In this document: positions 48,130 through 56,895 of the stretch, piece by piece
How positions within the stretch are numbered: the first letter of the stretch is position 1
Layout of the letters: each line of letters opens with the position of its first letter
From: an uncultured Acidobacteriaceae bacterium
Lineage (GTDB): Bacteria > Acidobacteriota > Terriglobia > Acidiferrales > UBA7541
Direction: 5' to 3'
NCBI GenBank assembly: GCA_964524045.1
Contig: CAZGBQ010000003.1
Coordinates: forward strand, 1,488 to 65,487
Length of the DNA: 64,000 nt
Position numbers and translations under genes: made by a program
Notes under the pieces: generated by a model
The model's database searches: none
The model's input: only the letters and a program-made list of their open reading frames with translations
What the model was told of the DNA's origin: nothing

Positions 48130-48315
48130 ATGAATCAGACGTCGAACGCCACCTGGGCAATGACCGAGCAAAACCGTCAAATCTCCGCAATCTTTGCGGA
48201 GCAGCGATCCCGGCTGTGCAATTTCATCCGCCGTCGCGTACCTGACCCGCGCGATGCCGAGGACATTTTGCAAGACGCTTTCTATACCTATCTCTCTAAT
48301 ACACGAGTACATTAA
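48130..48315 (+). pseudogene. truncated ECF sigma factor (region 2 start only)
   Basis: RSRLCNFIRRRVPDPRDAEDILQDAFY, then unrelated sequence and stop. Confidence 0.75.
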
Positions 48316-48371
48316 CACGAAGGTGGCAAATTTCACGGCTACAAGACGGGAATTTTGGATGGTTCCGATGC

Positions 48372-49031
48372 TCATACTTTCGGCCTTCCCTGCTTCTTTC
48401 CGTTTCGCTCAGCTTCAAGGAAGTCTAAAACTTTTTCGACGACAATGTCTTCGCGATTGAGATACCCGGCGAGATCACGTACGAGCCGCGCCCGCGTCTG
48501 TTCCCGCGTTTCAAGCCCTGGCAATCGCCGCGCCGCTTCCGGTGAGAAACCGAGGGCTTCGCGCACGCCAATGGTTGCAGGTCGTTTTGCGGCAGGCCGC
48601 GCCGCCTCTTCCATCGAAATTTTTTCCGGGTCCGCCTCGCTGAGTGTGCCGTCCGCCTGCTCGTAGCGGACCACAAAAGCCGTCTCAGAGCGCGTCGAGG
48701 GCTTCGATTCGGCGCGTAGAACGCGCAATTGCTGACGCAGGCCGTCAATGGCGCGCAGGGCTTCTGCTTCGCCGCCACGATTTTGTTTCTGGCGGCATCT
48801 AAGCGCGAGCCTCGACCATGCCGCGATGGATTCTTCTATGTCTTTCTCTAGGCTTGCCTGCGCGATTGTGGGCCCACTGGTCAGGTGCCGCAGGTGGTTG
48901 TAGACGGCGGACTTGTGCACGCCTAGCTTCTTGGCGATGGACCAACCCGCCATTCCGGCACCTTGCAGATCTATCACGGTCTGCCCTTCGCTTCCACGCT
49001 TTCCGCCTGGACAGAACATGCAAACTGCCAT
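48372..49031 (-). CDS. HTH-containing phage-like protein (possibly small-terminase-like)
   Basis: SD AGGGGGAA; WSIAKKLGVHKSAVYNHL helix-turn-helix, then helical region. Confidence 0.6.
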   Translation of the reverse strand: MAVCMFCPGGKRGSEGQTVIDLQGAGMAGWSIAKKLGVHKSAVYNHLRHLTSGPTIAQASLEKDIEESIAAWSRLALRCRQKQNRGGEAEALRAIDGLRQQLRVLRAESKPSTRSETAFVVRYEQADGTLSEADPEKISMEEAARPAAKRPATIGVREALGFSPEAARRLPGLETREQTRARLVRDLAGYLNREDIVVEKVLDFLEAERNGKKQGRPKV

Positions 49032-49107
49032 CGTTCCCCCTTGCTGTGGACGGCATATCCTCAGCGCCGCCCAACCTTGTCAATCACTTGCGAGCCACAA
49101 TCGTGAT

Positions 49108-49126
49108 TGGTGCTAGCATGGTGCTA
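49108..49126 (-). repeat. integrase arm-type direct repeat pair (left)
   Basis: TGGTGCTA-GCA-TGGTGCTA, inverse of the pair at 53552-53570. Confidence 0.7.
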
Positions 49127-49318
49127 GCCGTTCCCCAGCCTGGCTGTAGTAATCCCTCAGTAATCGGATAGTAATGGCCAGTGGTCTGTACCATCTAAGT
49201 ACTATAATAATCTTTATGTTCCCGATCCCCACCATGCACTTTCACTTATCCGGCATGCTGTTTGGCCGGGCGTCCGTCGCGCCTGGGCGGCTGAAAAATA
49301 GGCCGGAATCAGCCCTCG

Positions 49319-49428
49319 AAATGCGCACATGCGCACTTTTACCCCTATTTTCCGGGAACTTTTCCACACACACACGCGTGGAAAAAGTCCTCACTTATAC
49401 CCCCTAAAGTGCGCAACTGCGCAGTTTT
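49319..49428. repeat. putative replication origin (iterated inverted repeats)
   Basis: TGCGCA x4 in two mirrored pairs around ACTTTTCCAC...GTGGAAAAAGT, next to the primase stop. Confidence 0.6.
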
Positions 49429-51479
49429 CATCGGATACCCTCATAATAGCGTTTATCGTCGCTGATGGTAATCCCGAGGCGGCGAAGTTCTTGTGAGAGT
49501 TTGGTTGTGGTCCATTTTTTGAGGCCATTTTCGTCGCAGTAATCGGCGAAGTCTTTGACCACGGCTTTTTTAGAGGCGCGGGCGTCCATTTCGAAGCAGT
49601 AGCGTTCAGCGATGAAGTCAGCGACGGTGTCCTGGCTGGTTCGGTAATCGGCGCTAGCGAGGCGGACGATCTCAGGCTCCATCAAGCCCTTCTCCTGCCA
49701 TTCTAGGCACCCTTGGACGGCCCACGCCAAGATGCCGGGGGCTTCTTCGGCGAGCAGTTTAGCGGCGAGGTCCGGCGTCCGTTTCTCTTCGGGGACAGCG
49801 CGGTTGAAATCCAAGACGCGAAAGCGACGCCACAGCGCATCATCACTGGCCGGAACACGTGGCGGGTGATTGGTGACGAGGACCAACTTGCATTGTGGCT
49901 GAAACTCGAAGTAGTTCTGATATTTCAGTTGGGCAGAGATGCTGTCCTCGCCGGTGATGGTCTTAATCCGGCTGACGTTCAATCGTCGCGCTTCGGTGGT
50001 CTCGACGCAGGTGGCGAGGCGTACTCCTGGCAGTTGACCGGTAGACCAATCAGTCTCATTGGTTTGCAGGAAGAAGTTCTCCGGGAGTTTGTGGGCATAC
50101 GGCCCCATGATGCCGTGCAAGATTTTAATCAAAGTGCTTTTGCCGCTGGCGGTTGGTCCGAAGAAGCCCCAAAATTTTTGTTCTGTGGTGAGTCCGGTCA
50201 AGAAATAGCCGGCCAATCTGGTGATGTATCCCACGAGCGACGGGCTTCCGCCAAAGGTTTGGTTCAAAAACTCTAGGAAGCCGGGACATTTCGCCTTCGG
50301 GTTCCAGGAGATCTCAATGAGATTGGTGAGGTAGTCCTCGCGGCGGTGTTCGTGGGCCGTGCCGGTTTTCAGGTTGATGGTCATTCCGGCGTTGAGGAGC
50401 AGCGGATTGCGGTCAAACAGTTTCGCGTATTCCACTTCCAGCATGGACCTGGCGGCGTCAATACTGTTTTCGATTACGCTCTGTGACTCTGAGCGAATCG
50501 CCCAGGCGGCTAATTTCTTTCGAAGCTCTTCGCTAGATTCTCTCGCGGCCTCGCTGTAAACATCTTTCGCCACGGCCTGCATTCGTCTTTCGACACCCAT
50601 CGGGTCCGGCAATTTCCAATGCGTGCCTTCGTATGCGGCCCAGACGCGGCGATCACTGCAATAGCGCAGCTCATCTTTGAATCGCGCCGCGAGCCTTTCG
50701 CCGTTCGCGGTCTCAGTGACGGGGTATCTTCCGGGAATTCCCTGCGGCTCTTCGCTTGGCGCATATTTTGAAACACTCTTGGCAATGTTCCTGACTTCTT
50801 TTTCTTCGAGTGGCGGTTCACATCGTTCTTCGTTTTCCTTGAGGAGAGCGAGCTCGATGGCGTCCTGGCTCATTCCCCGGCGGCGCATACTGCCAGCGAG
50901 TGATGTGAGATGGCCATTGCGCTGGCCTTCGCGGATCTTCTGAGGCTCCGCAGCCGGTCCCGCGCCATTCGATTTGCCTTTAGTCAGTAGCGCGTCTAGC
51001 CACTCGGGGAGTTCCGAAATCGCCTGCTGCGAATTTTCCCATTCATACTGGCCGCCCGAGGCATGCAGTGACGGCGGCACAACCGCGTAACAGCCTTCAG
51101 CCAGGAAATCGAGACCTGGCGCAATGACAGTTTTTTTGTAGGCTTTGCCGCGGGTGTAGAAGTACAGATGCAGGCCGCCGCCGCCCGTTTTTGCGATTAA
51201 GGTTTGCGGGAGCGGTCCATATTCTTCCTGTAGCACGGCGAGCGATTTGTCGCCGCCGTTTCGCGGATCGATGTCCAGGATTACAATGCCACTCGCCGTT
51301 CCGCATGGCATTCCGATACCTGTAGCGTTTGGAAATAAAACTTCAAATCTTTGTCGCGTGAGTTCCAAGTCGGCAGAGGCATCTAAGAAGCCGCGCGCAA
51401 CCAACGGCACTTTGTTGCGGACAGGGAACACCGGATATTTTTTCCTGGCATATCCGAGTGCTGCACTGAGCAGATTCAT
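49428..51479 (-). CDS. Prim-Pol / PriCT / D5-like SF3 helicase (P4-family primase)
   Basis: ILDIDPRNGG; TGGGGLHLYF; VPPSLHASG; EGQRNGHL; GPTASGKST; DDALWRR. Confidence 0.92.
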   Translation of the reverse strand: MNLLSAALGYARKKYPVFPVRNKVPLVARGFLDASADLELTRQRFEVLFPNATGIGMPCGTASGIVILDIDPRNGGDKSLAVLQEEYGPLPQTLIAKTGGGGLHLYFYTRGKAYKKTVIAPGLDFLAEGCYAVVPPSLHASGGQYEWENSQQAISELPEWLDALLTKGKSNGAGPAAEPQKIREGQRNGHLTSLAGSMRRRGMSQDAIELALLKENEERCEPPLEEKEVRNIAKSVSKYAPSEEPQGIPGRYPVTETANGERLAARFKDELRYCSDRRVWAAYEGTHWKLPDPMGVERRMQAVAKDVYSEAARESSEELRKKLAAWAIRSESQSVIENSIDAARSMLEVEYAKLFDRNPLLLNAGMTINLKTGTAHEHRREDYLTNLIEISWNPKAKCPGFLEFLNQTFGGSPSLVGYITRLAGYFLTGLTTEQKFWGFFGPTASGKSTLIKILHGIMGPYAHKLPENFFLQTNETDWSTGQLPGVRLATCVETTEARRLNVSRIKTITGEDSISAQLKYQNYFEFQPQCKLVLVTNHPPRVPASDDALWRRFRVLDFNRAVPEEKRTPDLAAKLLAEEAPGILAWAVQGCLEWQEKGLMEPEIVRLASADYRTSQDTVADFIAERYCFEMDARASKKAVVKDFADYCDENGLKKWTTTKLSQELRRLGITISDDKRYYEGIR

Positions 51480-51676
51480 CGCCGCGCAGCCTCCTGTTCA
51501 ATGTCCTCGATCTGCAATCGGTTGAGCAGGGGTGTCAAGGCGTGACCGACCACGCGCAAGGCGACTTGCAGCAAGTCGCGGTCATCGCCATCAGCGGCCA
51601 TCGCCGCAAGTTTGATGACATCAAACACCACGTTCTCATCCGTCTGTTCGATCCAACGACCTCCTATGTGTCGCAT
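51476..51676 (-). CDS. small hypothetical protein
   Basis: Lies between xis and primase with 4-bp ATGA overlap to the primase start. Confidence 0.55.
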   Translation of the reverse strand: MRHIGGRWIEQTDENVVFDVIKLAAMAADGDDRDLLQVALRVVGHALTPLLNRLQIEDIEQEAARR

Positions 51677-51679
51677 GGG

Positions 51680-51883
51680 TTACCTCGCCGCCGCTCGCTC
51701 CCCTTTGCGGATGAAATCCGCAATGGCCGATTCGGAGATCAGACGGCGTTTGCCAATCTTGATTGTCTTGATTTCTCTAGCGGAGATCAGGTAGTCCAGT
51801 TTCCGCAGACTGATTTTCAATCGGTCGGCGACGGTGGGCCTTTCATGCAGCTCATTCGCTTCGATGGTCATATATATATGCAT
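51680..51883 (-). CDS. excisionase-like HTH protein
   Basis: TVADRLKISLRKLDYLISAREIKTIKIGKRRLISESAI. Confidence 0.8.
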   Translation of the reverse strand: MHIYMTIEANELHERPTVADRLKISLRKLDYLISAREIKTIKIGKRRLISESAIADFIRKGERAAAR

Positions 51884-51999
51884 CCTTTCGTGCTTGCACT
51901 ATCCTGCAAACAAGAGTACACTATGTTCGTGGCCTAGCACTTGTCAAATACAATCAGCACGATGTGTATGGTTAAAGTTACTGCGAAAGGAGAATCCAA

Positions 52000-52524
52000 A
52001 TGAAACGAAAGACGTTCATCGGCGGGCCGGAAGGCCAGGTCATTTCCGCCTGGCTTAACTCGCTCGCTCCCGAACGGCGTGACCCGATCTTGCGGTTGGT
52101 GCGGCTCGCGGGCAAGTTCCCGTTGCTTGAAGATACGCGCACGGAAATCGCCAAGGAAGTAGCCGACACCATGCGGCGCTGGAAAGTCGGCACCTACCCG
52201 CAAATAGTCAACACCGAATCGGGCGGTTACACACTGACGTGGCGCGAGGACTGGAACAAAAAAGTACCTGCACGGCAAGTCCAGGCTTTTTTCGCCGCGC
52301 TCAAATTGATCGAGTGGGGCCTGCTCGCAAGAGTCAAGCAGTGCGCAAGACCTGAGTGCGCGAAGTGGTTCTTCGGCGTTCTACCAACGATGCGCTACCA
52401 CGATAAGCAGTGTCAGCAGGTCGTTGAAGCTAGGGACGAGCAGCGCAGAGAGCGCCGGGCCCAGGCTATGCGCAACTACCGGAAGAAAAAAAAGGAAAAG
52501 AAACAAAGGACGGTGGCGGCATGA
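52000..52524 (+). CDS. putative regulator with CGNR-like zinc finger
   Basis: SD AAGGAG; RVKQCARPECAKWF...YHDKQC, then basic helix RAQAMRNYR. Confidence 0.65.
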   Translation: MKRKTFIGGPEGQVISAWLNSLAPERRDPILRLVRLAGKFPLLEDTRTEIAKEVADTMRRWKVGTYPQIVNTESGGYTLTWREDWNKKVPARQVQAFFAALKLIEWGLLARVKQCARPECAKWFFGVLPTMRYHDKQCQQVVEARDEQRRERRAQAMRNYRKKKKEKKQRTVAA

Positions 52525-53603
52525 ATCCCACAACGAAAAAGTTACCACGCGGCATCTTCGAGAAATATCCTGGCTCCGGCGTCTACTCCATTCGCTACAC
52601 CGATGCTGAGGGCAAATATCGCAGAGAAAAGGCGGGAACGTTCTCCGCGGCCAGAGACCTACTCGTGAAACGCCAGAACCAGGCCCTAGTCGGCGAGAAG
52701 CTTCCCGAGACTTTGCGCCGTCGCGGTGTCCTGTTCTCCGAGATCGCAGCTGACTGTCTGTTGTACTCCGACCAACACAAGCGCAGCAAGAGAATGGATC
52801 ACAGCCGCATGAAGAAGCTCTTAGAATGGTTCAGGAGCACGGCTGCCGACAATCTCACAGCCCAGGAAATCGAAAATCACTTTCAAACAGCCACGTGGGC
52901 AAGAGCTACGCGCAACAAATATAAGGCACTCTTGAGTCTCACCTACAAGCTAGCAATCAAGAATAAGAAGGTGAAGGCCAATCCGGCGCGCGACGTGAAG
53001 CACCTGCGCGAGAACAACGGGCGCATTCGCTTCCTCTCAATCGATGAGGAAAAGCGGTTGCGCCAGGCGATAGCCGAAAGGTTCCCACATCGGATGGCCG
53101 AATTCGACTTATCTCTGCAAACCGGCATGCGCCACTCGGAACAGTATGGCGCGAAGTGGAAAGACGTGGACTTCGAGCACCGCATCCTGACAGTTTGGCT
53201 CGACAAGAGTGGCAACACATCTCACGTTCAACTGAACGACGCGGCTGTCAAGGCGCTGCTCGAATTGAAGCAGATGCACGGCAACGCTGATTACATCTGC
53301 GGCGGCTACACGTCAACGGACTGGTTTGAGGACTGCGTGAAAGCTGCGGGCATCACCAATTATACTTGGCACGTTAACCGGCACACTTTCGCTTCGCGGC
53401 TTACGATGGCGGGCGCCGGTCCTCGCGCTGTTGCCGATCTTCTGCGGGACACCACGCTATCAATGGCCATGCGGTATTCGCATCTGTCGCCCGAGTACAA
53501 GGATGAAGCCCTAAAACGGATGGAGAAGAAGTTCCGAATCCGGCCAACGATTAGCACCACAGTAGCACCAAGCCCTGTTCGGCGTGGTACGATGGTGAAC
53601 TAA
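52521..53603 (+). CDS. tyrosine recombinase (phage integrase)
   Basis: TGMRHSE (R); DKSG (K); HVNRH (HxxR); RYSH (Y); N-terminal arm-binding-like domain. Confidence 0.92.
   Translation: MNPTTKKLPRGIFEKYPGSGVYSIRYTDAEGKYRREKAGTFSAARDLLVKRQNQALVGEKLPETLRRRGVLFSEIAADCLLYSDQHKRSKRMDHSRMKKLLEWFRSTAADNLTAQEIENHFQTATWARATRNKYKALLSLTYKLAIKNKKVKANPARDVKHLRENNGRIRFLSIDEEKRLRQAIAERFPHRMAEFDLSLQTGMRHSEQYGAKWKDVDFEHRILTVWLDKSGNTSHVQLNDAAVKALLELKQMHGNADYICGGYTSTDWFEDCVKAAGITNYTWHVNRHTFASRLTMAGAGPRAVADLLRDTTLSMAMRYSHLSPEYKDEALKRMEKKFRIRPTISTTVAPSPVRRGTMVN
53552..53570 (+). repeat. integrase arm-type direct repeat pair (right)
   Basis: TAGCACCA-CAG-TAGCACCA inside the int 3' end. Confidence 0.7.
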
Positions 53604-53624
53604 CTTCTTTGTTCTTCTGCCGAT

Positions 53625-53712
53625 GCCCGGGTGGCGAAATGGCAGACGCTGAGGACTTAAAATCCTCCGGGGATTTTTCCTCATGTGGGTTCGACTCCCA
53701 CCCCGGGCACCA
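53625..53712 (+). tRNA. tRNA-Leu (anticodon TAA)
   Basis: Acceptor GCCCGGG/CCCGGGC; anticodon arm GAGGA-CTTAAAA-TCCTC; long variable arm; GTTCGACTC; ACCA end. Confidence 0.96.
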
Positions 53713-53740
53713 TCTTTTCTCCCTGTTTGCTCCCTGTCTG

Positions 53741-53770
53741 TTGACAGCTAGTGCTACGGAGTAGTAGTAT
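53741..53770 (+). promoter_or_regulatory. sigma70 promoter with palindromic operator for the TA operon
   Basis: TTGACA-18-TAGTAT; CTAC-GGA-GTAG palindrome in the spacer. Confidence 0.55.
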
Positions 53771-53776
53771 GACATT

Positions 53777-54121
53777 GTGTTAGAGTTCGTGGAGTTCCCA
53801 GCATTCACGAAACGGCTCGACGTCCTTGCAGGAAAATATGCGGACGAAGTATTGTCGGCAATTCAGAATGACTTGGTGCAGAATCCAGAGCGCGGATCAG
53901 TCGTGCAAGAAACGGGAGGCGTTAGAAAGGCCCGTGTCGCGGACCCCATCCGGGGGAAAGGCAAGCGTGGCGGGTTTCGCTACCTCTATTACTACATCGA
54001 GCGGGACGGGCAGATTTTCCTGCTCATGATTTTCAGCAAAGATGAGCAAGCCGACTTGACCAAGGAGCAGAAGAACACATTGAAACGAGCGATTTTGCAG
54101 TTGAAGGAGTCACGGAAATGA
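53777..54121 (+). CDS. higB: RelE/HigB-type toxin
   Basis: TGGVRKAR..GKGKRGGFRYLYYY..LLMIFSKDEQADLT. Confidence 0.88.
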   Translation: MLEFVEFPAFTKRLDVLAGKYADEVLSAIQNDLVQNPERGSVVQETGGVRKARVADPIRGKGKRGGFRYLYYYIERDGQIFLLMIFSKDEQADLTKEQKNTLKRAILQLKESRK

Positions 54122-54429
54122 AGGCTGCGCTTTTCAAGGAAATGATGGCCGGATTCGACGAGGCCGTAAAGTACCGCCGGGGGCAGAAGGCTAATGTGCG
54201 CGTGGCACGCTTCTCTCCGGTTATCCAAGTCATTTTGAAGCCGAAGGAGATTCGCAGGGTGCGGGCTACCTTGGGACTAAGCCAAGCGCAATTTGCGCGG
54301 TACCTGGGCACGAGCGTTGCGAGTATTAGAAGCTGGGAGCAGGGAGTACGCAAGCCTCACAGTGCCGCTCTCCGGTTGCTGTTCATCGCCAAGAAGAAGC
54401 CGGCCGCGCTCCTCGACTTCGTAGCCTAA
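54118..54429 (+). CDS. higA: XRE-HTH antitoxin
   Basis: LSQAQFARYLGTSVASIRSWEQGVRKP; ATGA overlap with toxin. Confidence 0.88.
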   Translation: MKAALFKEMMAGFDEAVKYRRGQKANVRVARFSPVIQVILKPKEIRRVRATLGLSQAQFARYLGTSVASIRSWEQGVRKPHSAALRLLFIAKKKPAALLDFVA

Positions 54430-55157
54430 CGTAGCGGCATTGTTGGAACCGGCGTGTCCAGGGTCGGATAGCCCCGTTCTCAAGCCGGTGCACAACTCAC
54501 TAGGGTTCTGGAGAAATTCTGAATGCTCAATGAAGGAATCTTTATTCGTCTTTTCTTCGCCATTCGTGTTAAGCTCCGAGCATGGCAGGGCGAATTCCAA
54601 GTGCTTGGTCAGTTTGACGACGAGCAAAGTGCTCGCGAGTTTGCCCGCAGGGAGAACCGATGAAACCCTTCATTAGAGCAGTTGCTGTTGGATTGGTGGT
54701 GCCAGTGTTCCTCGAGCATCGGCCACACCTTGATATGGCATACGTCGTCGGTGAGCCGCTTCCGTCGAATCCTTTTGTGTTGGTGTCGACGGCGACCGTT
54801 ACAACGACTCCGAGCTTGTTCAATGACTATCTTTCGCAGGGACGCGTTCCGAAGTAAAATCTCATGGCTGTGAGCCAAGAAGCCTGCCATTACGTTGACA
54901 AAAAGAGAGAGGGAGAATTCAATCGGCCACCCGCCTGAGGACCAAGATTGGGCAGTGCAAAATGGACCTTGCGTCAACTTAGCCCATTAACTGTGCGTCC
55001 TGAACTACCTCCGTGCCCTCTGTGGTCCGGTCTCTGCGGTCTCCGCGTTCATTATTGGTTTGATGATCCACTCACCGCGCCCCTCCCCAAGTACAGGGGA
55101 GGAACCAGACAGCGAGCGCAACGACGGGAGTGCACTCCCCATGACCACGCGAATCAT

Positions 55158-55997
55158 TCATTCTTGCTGGTTGGCACTCTTGCTCGTCTCCGACGGCATT
55201 GGGAAGCGTTCTTGAATCCACGCTTGCCAGAGCGGTGTCTCGCGGGCGACAGTCCCGGCCGCCTGATCGCCGTACAGGTAGAAGCTTAGGGTGACCATGA
55301 TCGGGCCGCCGCAGTTGACGGCGCTAAGGGCGGCGGTGCCCGGCCCCGGATTGTCGAGCCGCAGCAGGGCGTTGCACGGACTCTGGGTGACGTGCTCCAC
55401 CGCGCCGCTGAGCGCCGGGACGCCCGCCGGGGCGGTCCAACGCTGCCCGGCGCTCACGCCTTTCAGCCCCAATGCCGCGGTCAGCGTTTCCCAGGCCTCC
55501 GCTTCGGTTCCCGCGGCGGCTGCGGGGGCCATCCACTGCATCATCGCGGAGCGTTGGCCGCGGAAGTGCGTGAGATAGATCCGCAGGATGCGGAAGAAGC
55601 CAGGCCAGCCGGATTCGGTGCCTTCCAGCTGGTTGTCCCAGTCGTCCGTTTCGGCGAAGAGGCTATGCACCACGCGGACGATACAGGTGCCTCCCGCGCG
55701 AGCTTCGACGGTCCACTCGTCCGCGATGGGCGGCGAGCCGCCCCAGCCCTCGCCCTGGGCGGCAAATCTCCGCGGCGGATCCCAGGCCGTCACGACGGAA
55801 CGGGACTCCATGCCCGGGCCGAAGTTCAACTTCACCGCAACGGGCTTCCCGTCGCGCTCCTCGAACTCAGCCGGCACGAACCAGGACGAAATACCCGGCC
55901 CGGTGGCGATGGCCTGCCAGACTTCCTCCGGCGTGCCGGGGACCTCGACTTCGACCTGGACGAAACGGCGTCCGGAGGCTTCTTTCTTCACGCTCAT
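55158..55997 (-). CDS. SRPBCC (AHSA1-like) domain protein
   Basis: EVPGTPEEVWQAIATGPGISSWF; WDPPRRF; GWPGFFRILRIYL. Confidence 0.88.
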   Translation of the reverse strand: MSVKKEASGRRFVQVEVEVPGTPEEVWQAIATGPGISSWFVPAEFEERDGKPVAVKLNFGPGMESRSVVTAWDPPRRFAAQGEGWGGSPPIADEWTVEARAGGTCIVRVVHSLFAETDDWDNQLEGTESGWPGFFRILRIYLTHFRGQRSAMMQWMAPAAAAGTEAEAWETLTAALGLKGVSAGQRWTAPAGVPALSGAVEHVTQSPCNALLRLDNPGPGTAALSAVNCGGPIMVTLSFYLYGDQAAGTVARETPLWQAWIQERFPMPSETSKSANQQE

Positions 55998-56596
55998 GAT
56001 GGCTCCTTGGGATCGGATTTCTGCGGGAGAGGGTGCGCCACGACCACCAGGCGATGCGCGCGGCCGCCGGGGGCGGATGCATCGTGGTACTTCGAAACCA
56101 GTTTCGTGATGGCGTCGGTGAGTTCGTTGCTGAAAGCCGCCCGGTCCGTCGCCGACCGGAAGCGAACCTCGGTATCCACCGCCAGGGTCGCCAGGCGTTT
56201 GCCCGCCTCTTTCGCGCGACGAACCAGATCGCCCACCTCGCGGACGACCCGTGCGCCCAGGGCGATGAGATAGCTCGCGGACAGCCTATCGATTTCCCGA
56301 TTCGGATCCGCGGCGGCCGGACCCAGAGCGCTCGGCGAAACAACGTAGGAAGCGGCCGTAGCCACGAGCAGCCGTTCCGTCAGCCCGCCCCACTTGCGCT
56401 CGTCGGCCAGCCGCACCAGCCCGTGCGCCTCCAGCGCGTGCAGGTGGTAGTTGACTTTCTGCCGCGCCAGGCCAACCCGCGTGGCCAACGTCGCCGCCGA
56501 GGCGGGCAGGACCAGCTCGGAGAGGAGTCGACTCCGCATGGGCTCCAAAGCCAACGTCGCCGCTGCCGGATCATCGATGACTTGAATGTCGAGCAC
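55994..56596 (-). CDS. ArsR-like winged-HTH regulator
   Basis: ASAATLATRVGLARQKVNYHLHALEAHGLV. Confidence 0.88.
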   Translation of the reverse strand: MLDIQVIDDPAAATLALEPMRSRLLSELVLPASAATLATRVGLARQKVNYHLHALEAHGLVRLADERKWGGLTERLLVATAASYVVSPSALGPAAADPNREIDRLSASYLIALGARVVREVGDLVRRAKEAGKRLATLAVDTEVRFRSATDRAAFSNELTDAITKLVSKYHDASAPGGRAHRLVVVAHPLPQKSDPKEPS

Positions 56597-56602
56597 GAGG
56601 AG

Positions 56603-56632
56603 ATGCTAGTCTTGACAAGTTTTCTTGTCAAG
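56603..56632 (-). promoter_or_regulatory. leaderless sigma70 promoter overlapped by a perfect palindrome
   Basis: Minus strand TTGACA-17-TAGCAT-6-GTG; palindrome CTTGACAAG-TTTT-CTTGTCAAG at 56611-56632. Confidence 0.7.
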
Positions 56633-56687
56633 CTCTTTTTGCTACGAATTTGCAGTGTCGTCTTCTGCAGATTTTCCTTAACAACGC

Positions 56688-56763
56688 GTAGGGGCGGGCT
56701 TTAGCCCGTCCCTCTTTCCTGATTGCTCCGATAAATCCACGGGACGCTGAAGCGCGCCCCTAC
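56688..56763. repeat. inverted pair of GTAG-type REP elements
   Basis: GTAGGGGCGGGCTTTAGCCCGTCCC ... GGGACGCTGAAGCGCGCCCCTAC. Confidence 0.65.
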
Positions 56764-56895
56764 AAAATTCGCGGCGTCGCCGCTATTTCCAATCTGGATC
56801 CAAGCATGAAAAACAAAAAGCCCAACGCTGAAGTTGTGTGGAAACAGTTAGCGGACGAGATGGTGCCGCGGCTGGCCTATCGCTGGCGGATCGCG

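Larger units (their letters stand above)
49051..53662. mobile_element. integrated phage-satellite-like element (int, regulator, xis, primase-helicase, ori) at tRNA-Leu
   Basis: Gene content plus inverted arm repeats TAGCACCA x2 at both ends and core-like inverted repeats at 49042-49066 and 53647-53671. Confidence 0.75.

Noticed and set aside
54440-55150. Small ORFs after the TA module (e.g. 54660-54857)
   Set aside because: Short, no motifs, conflicting frames; coding status unsupported
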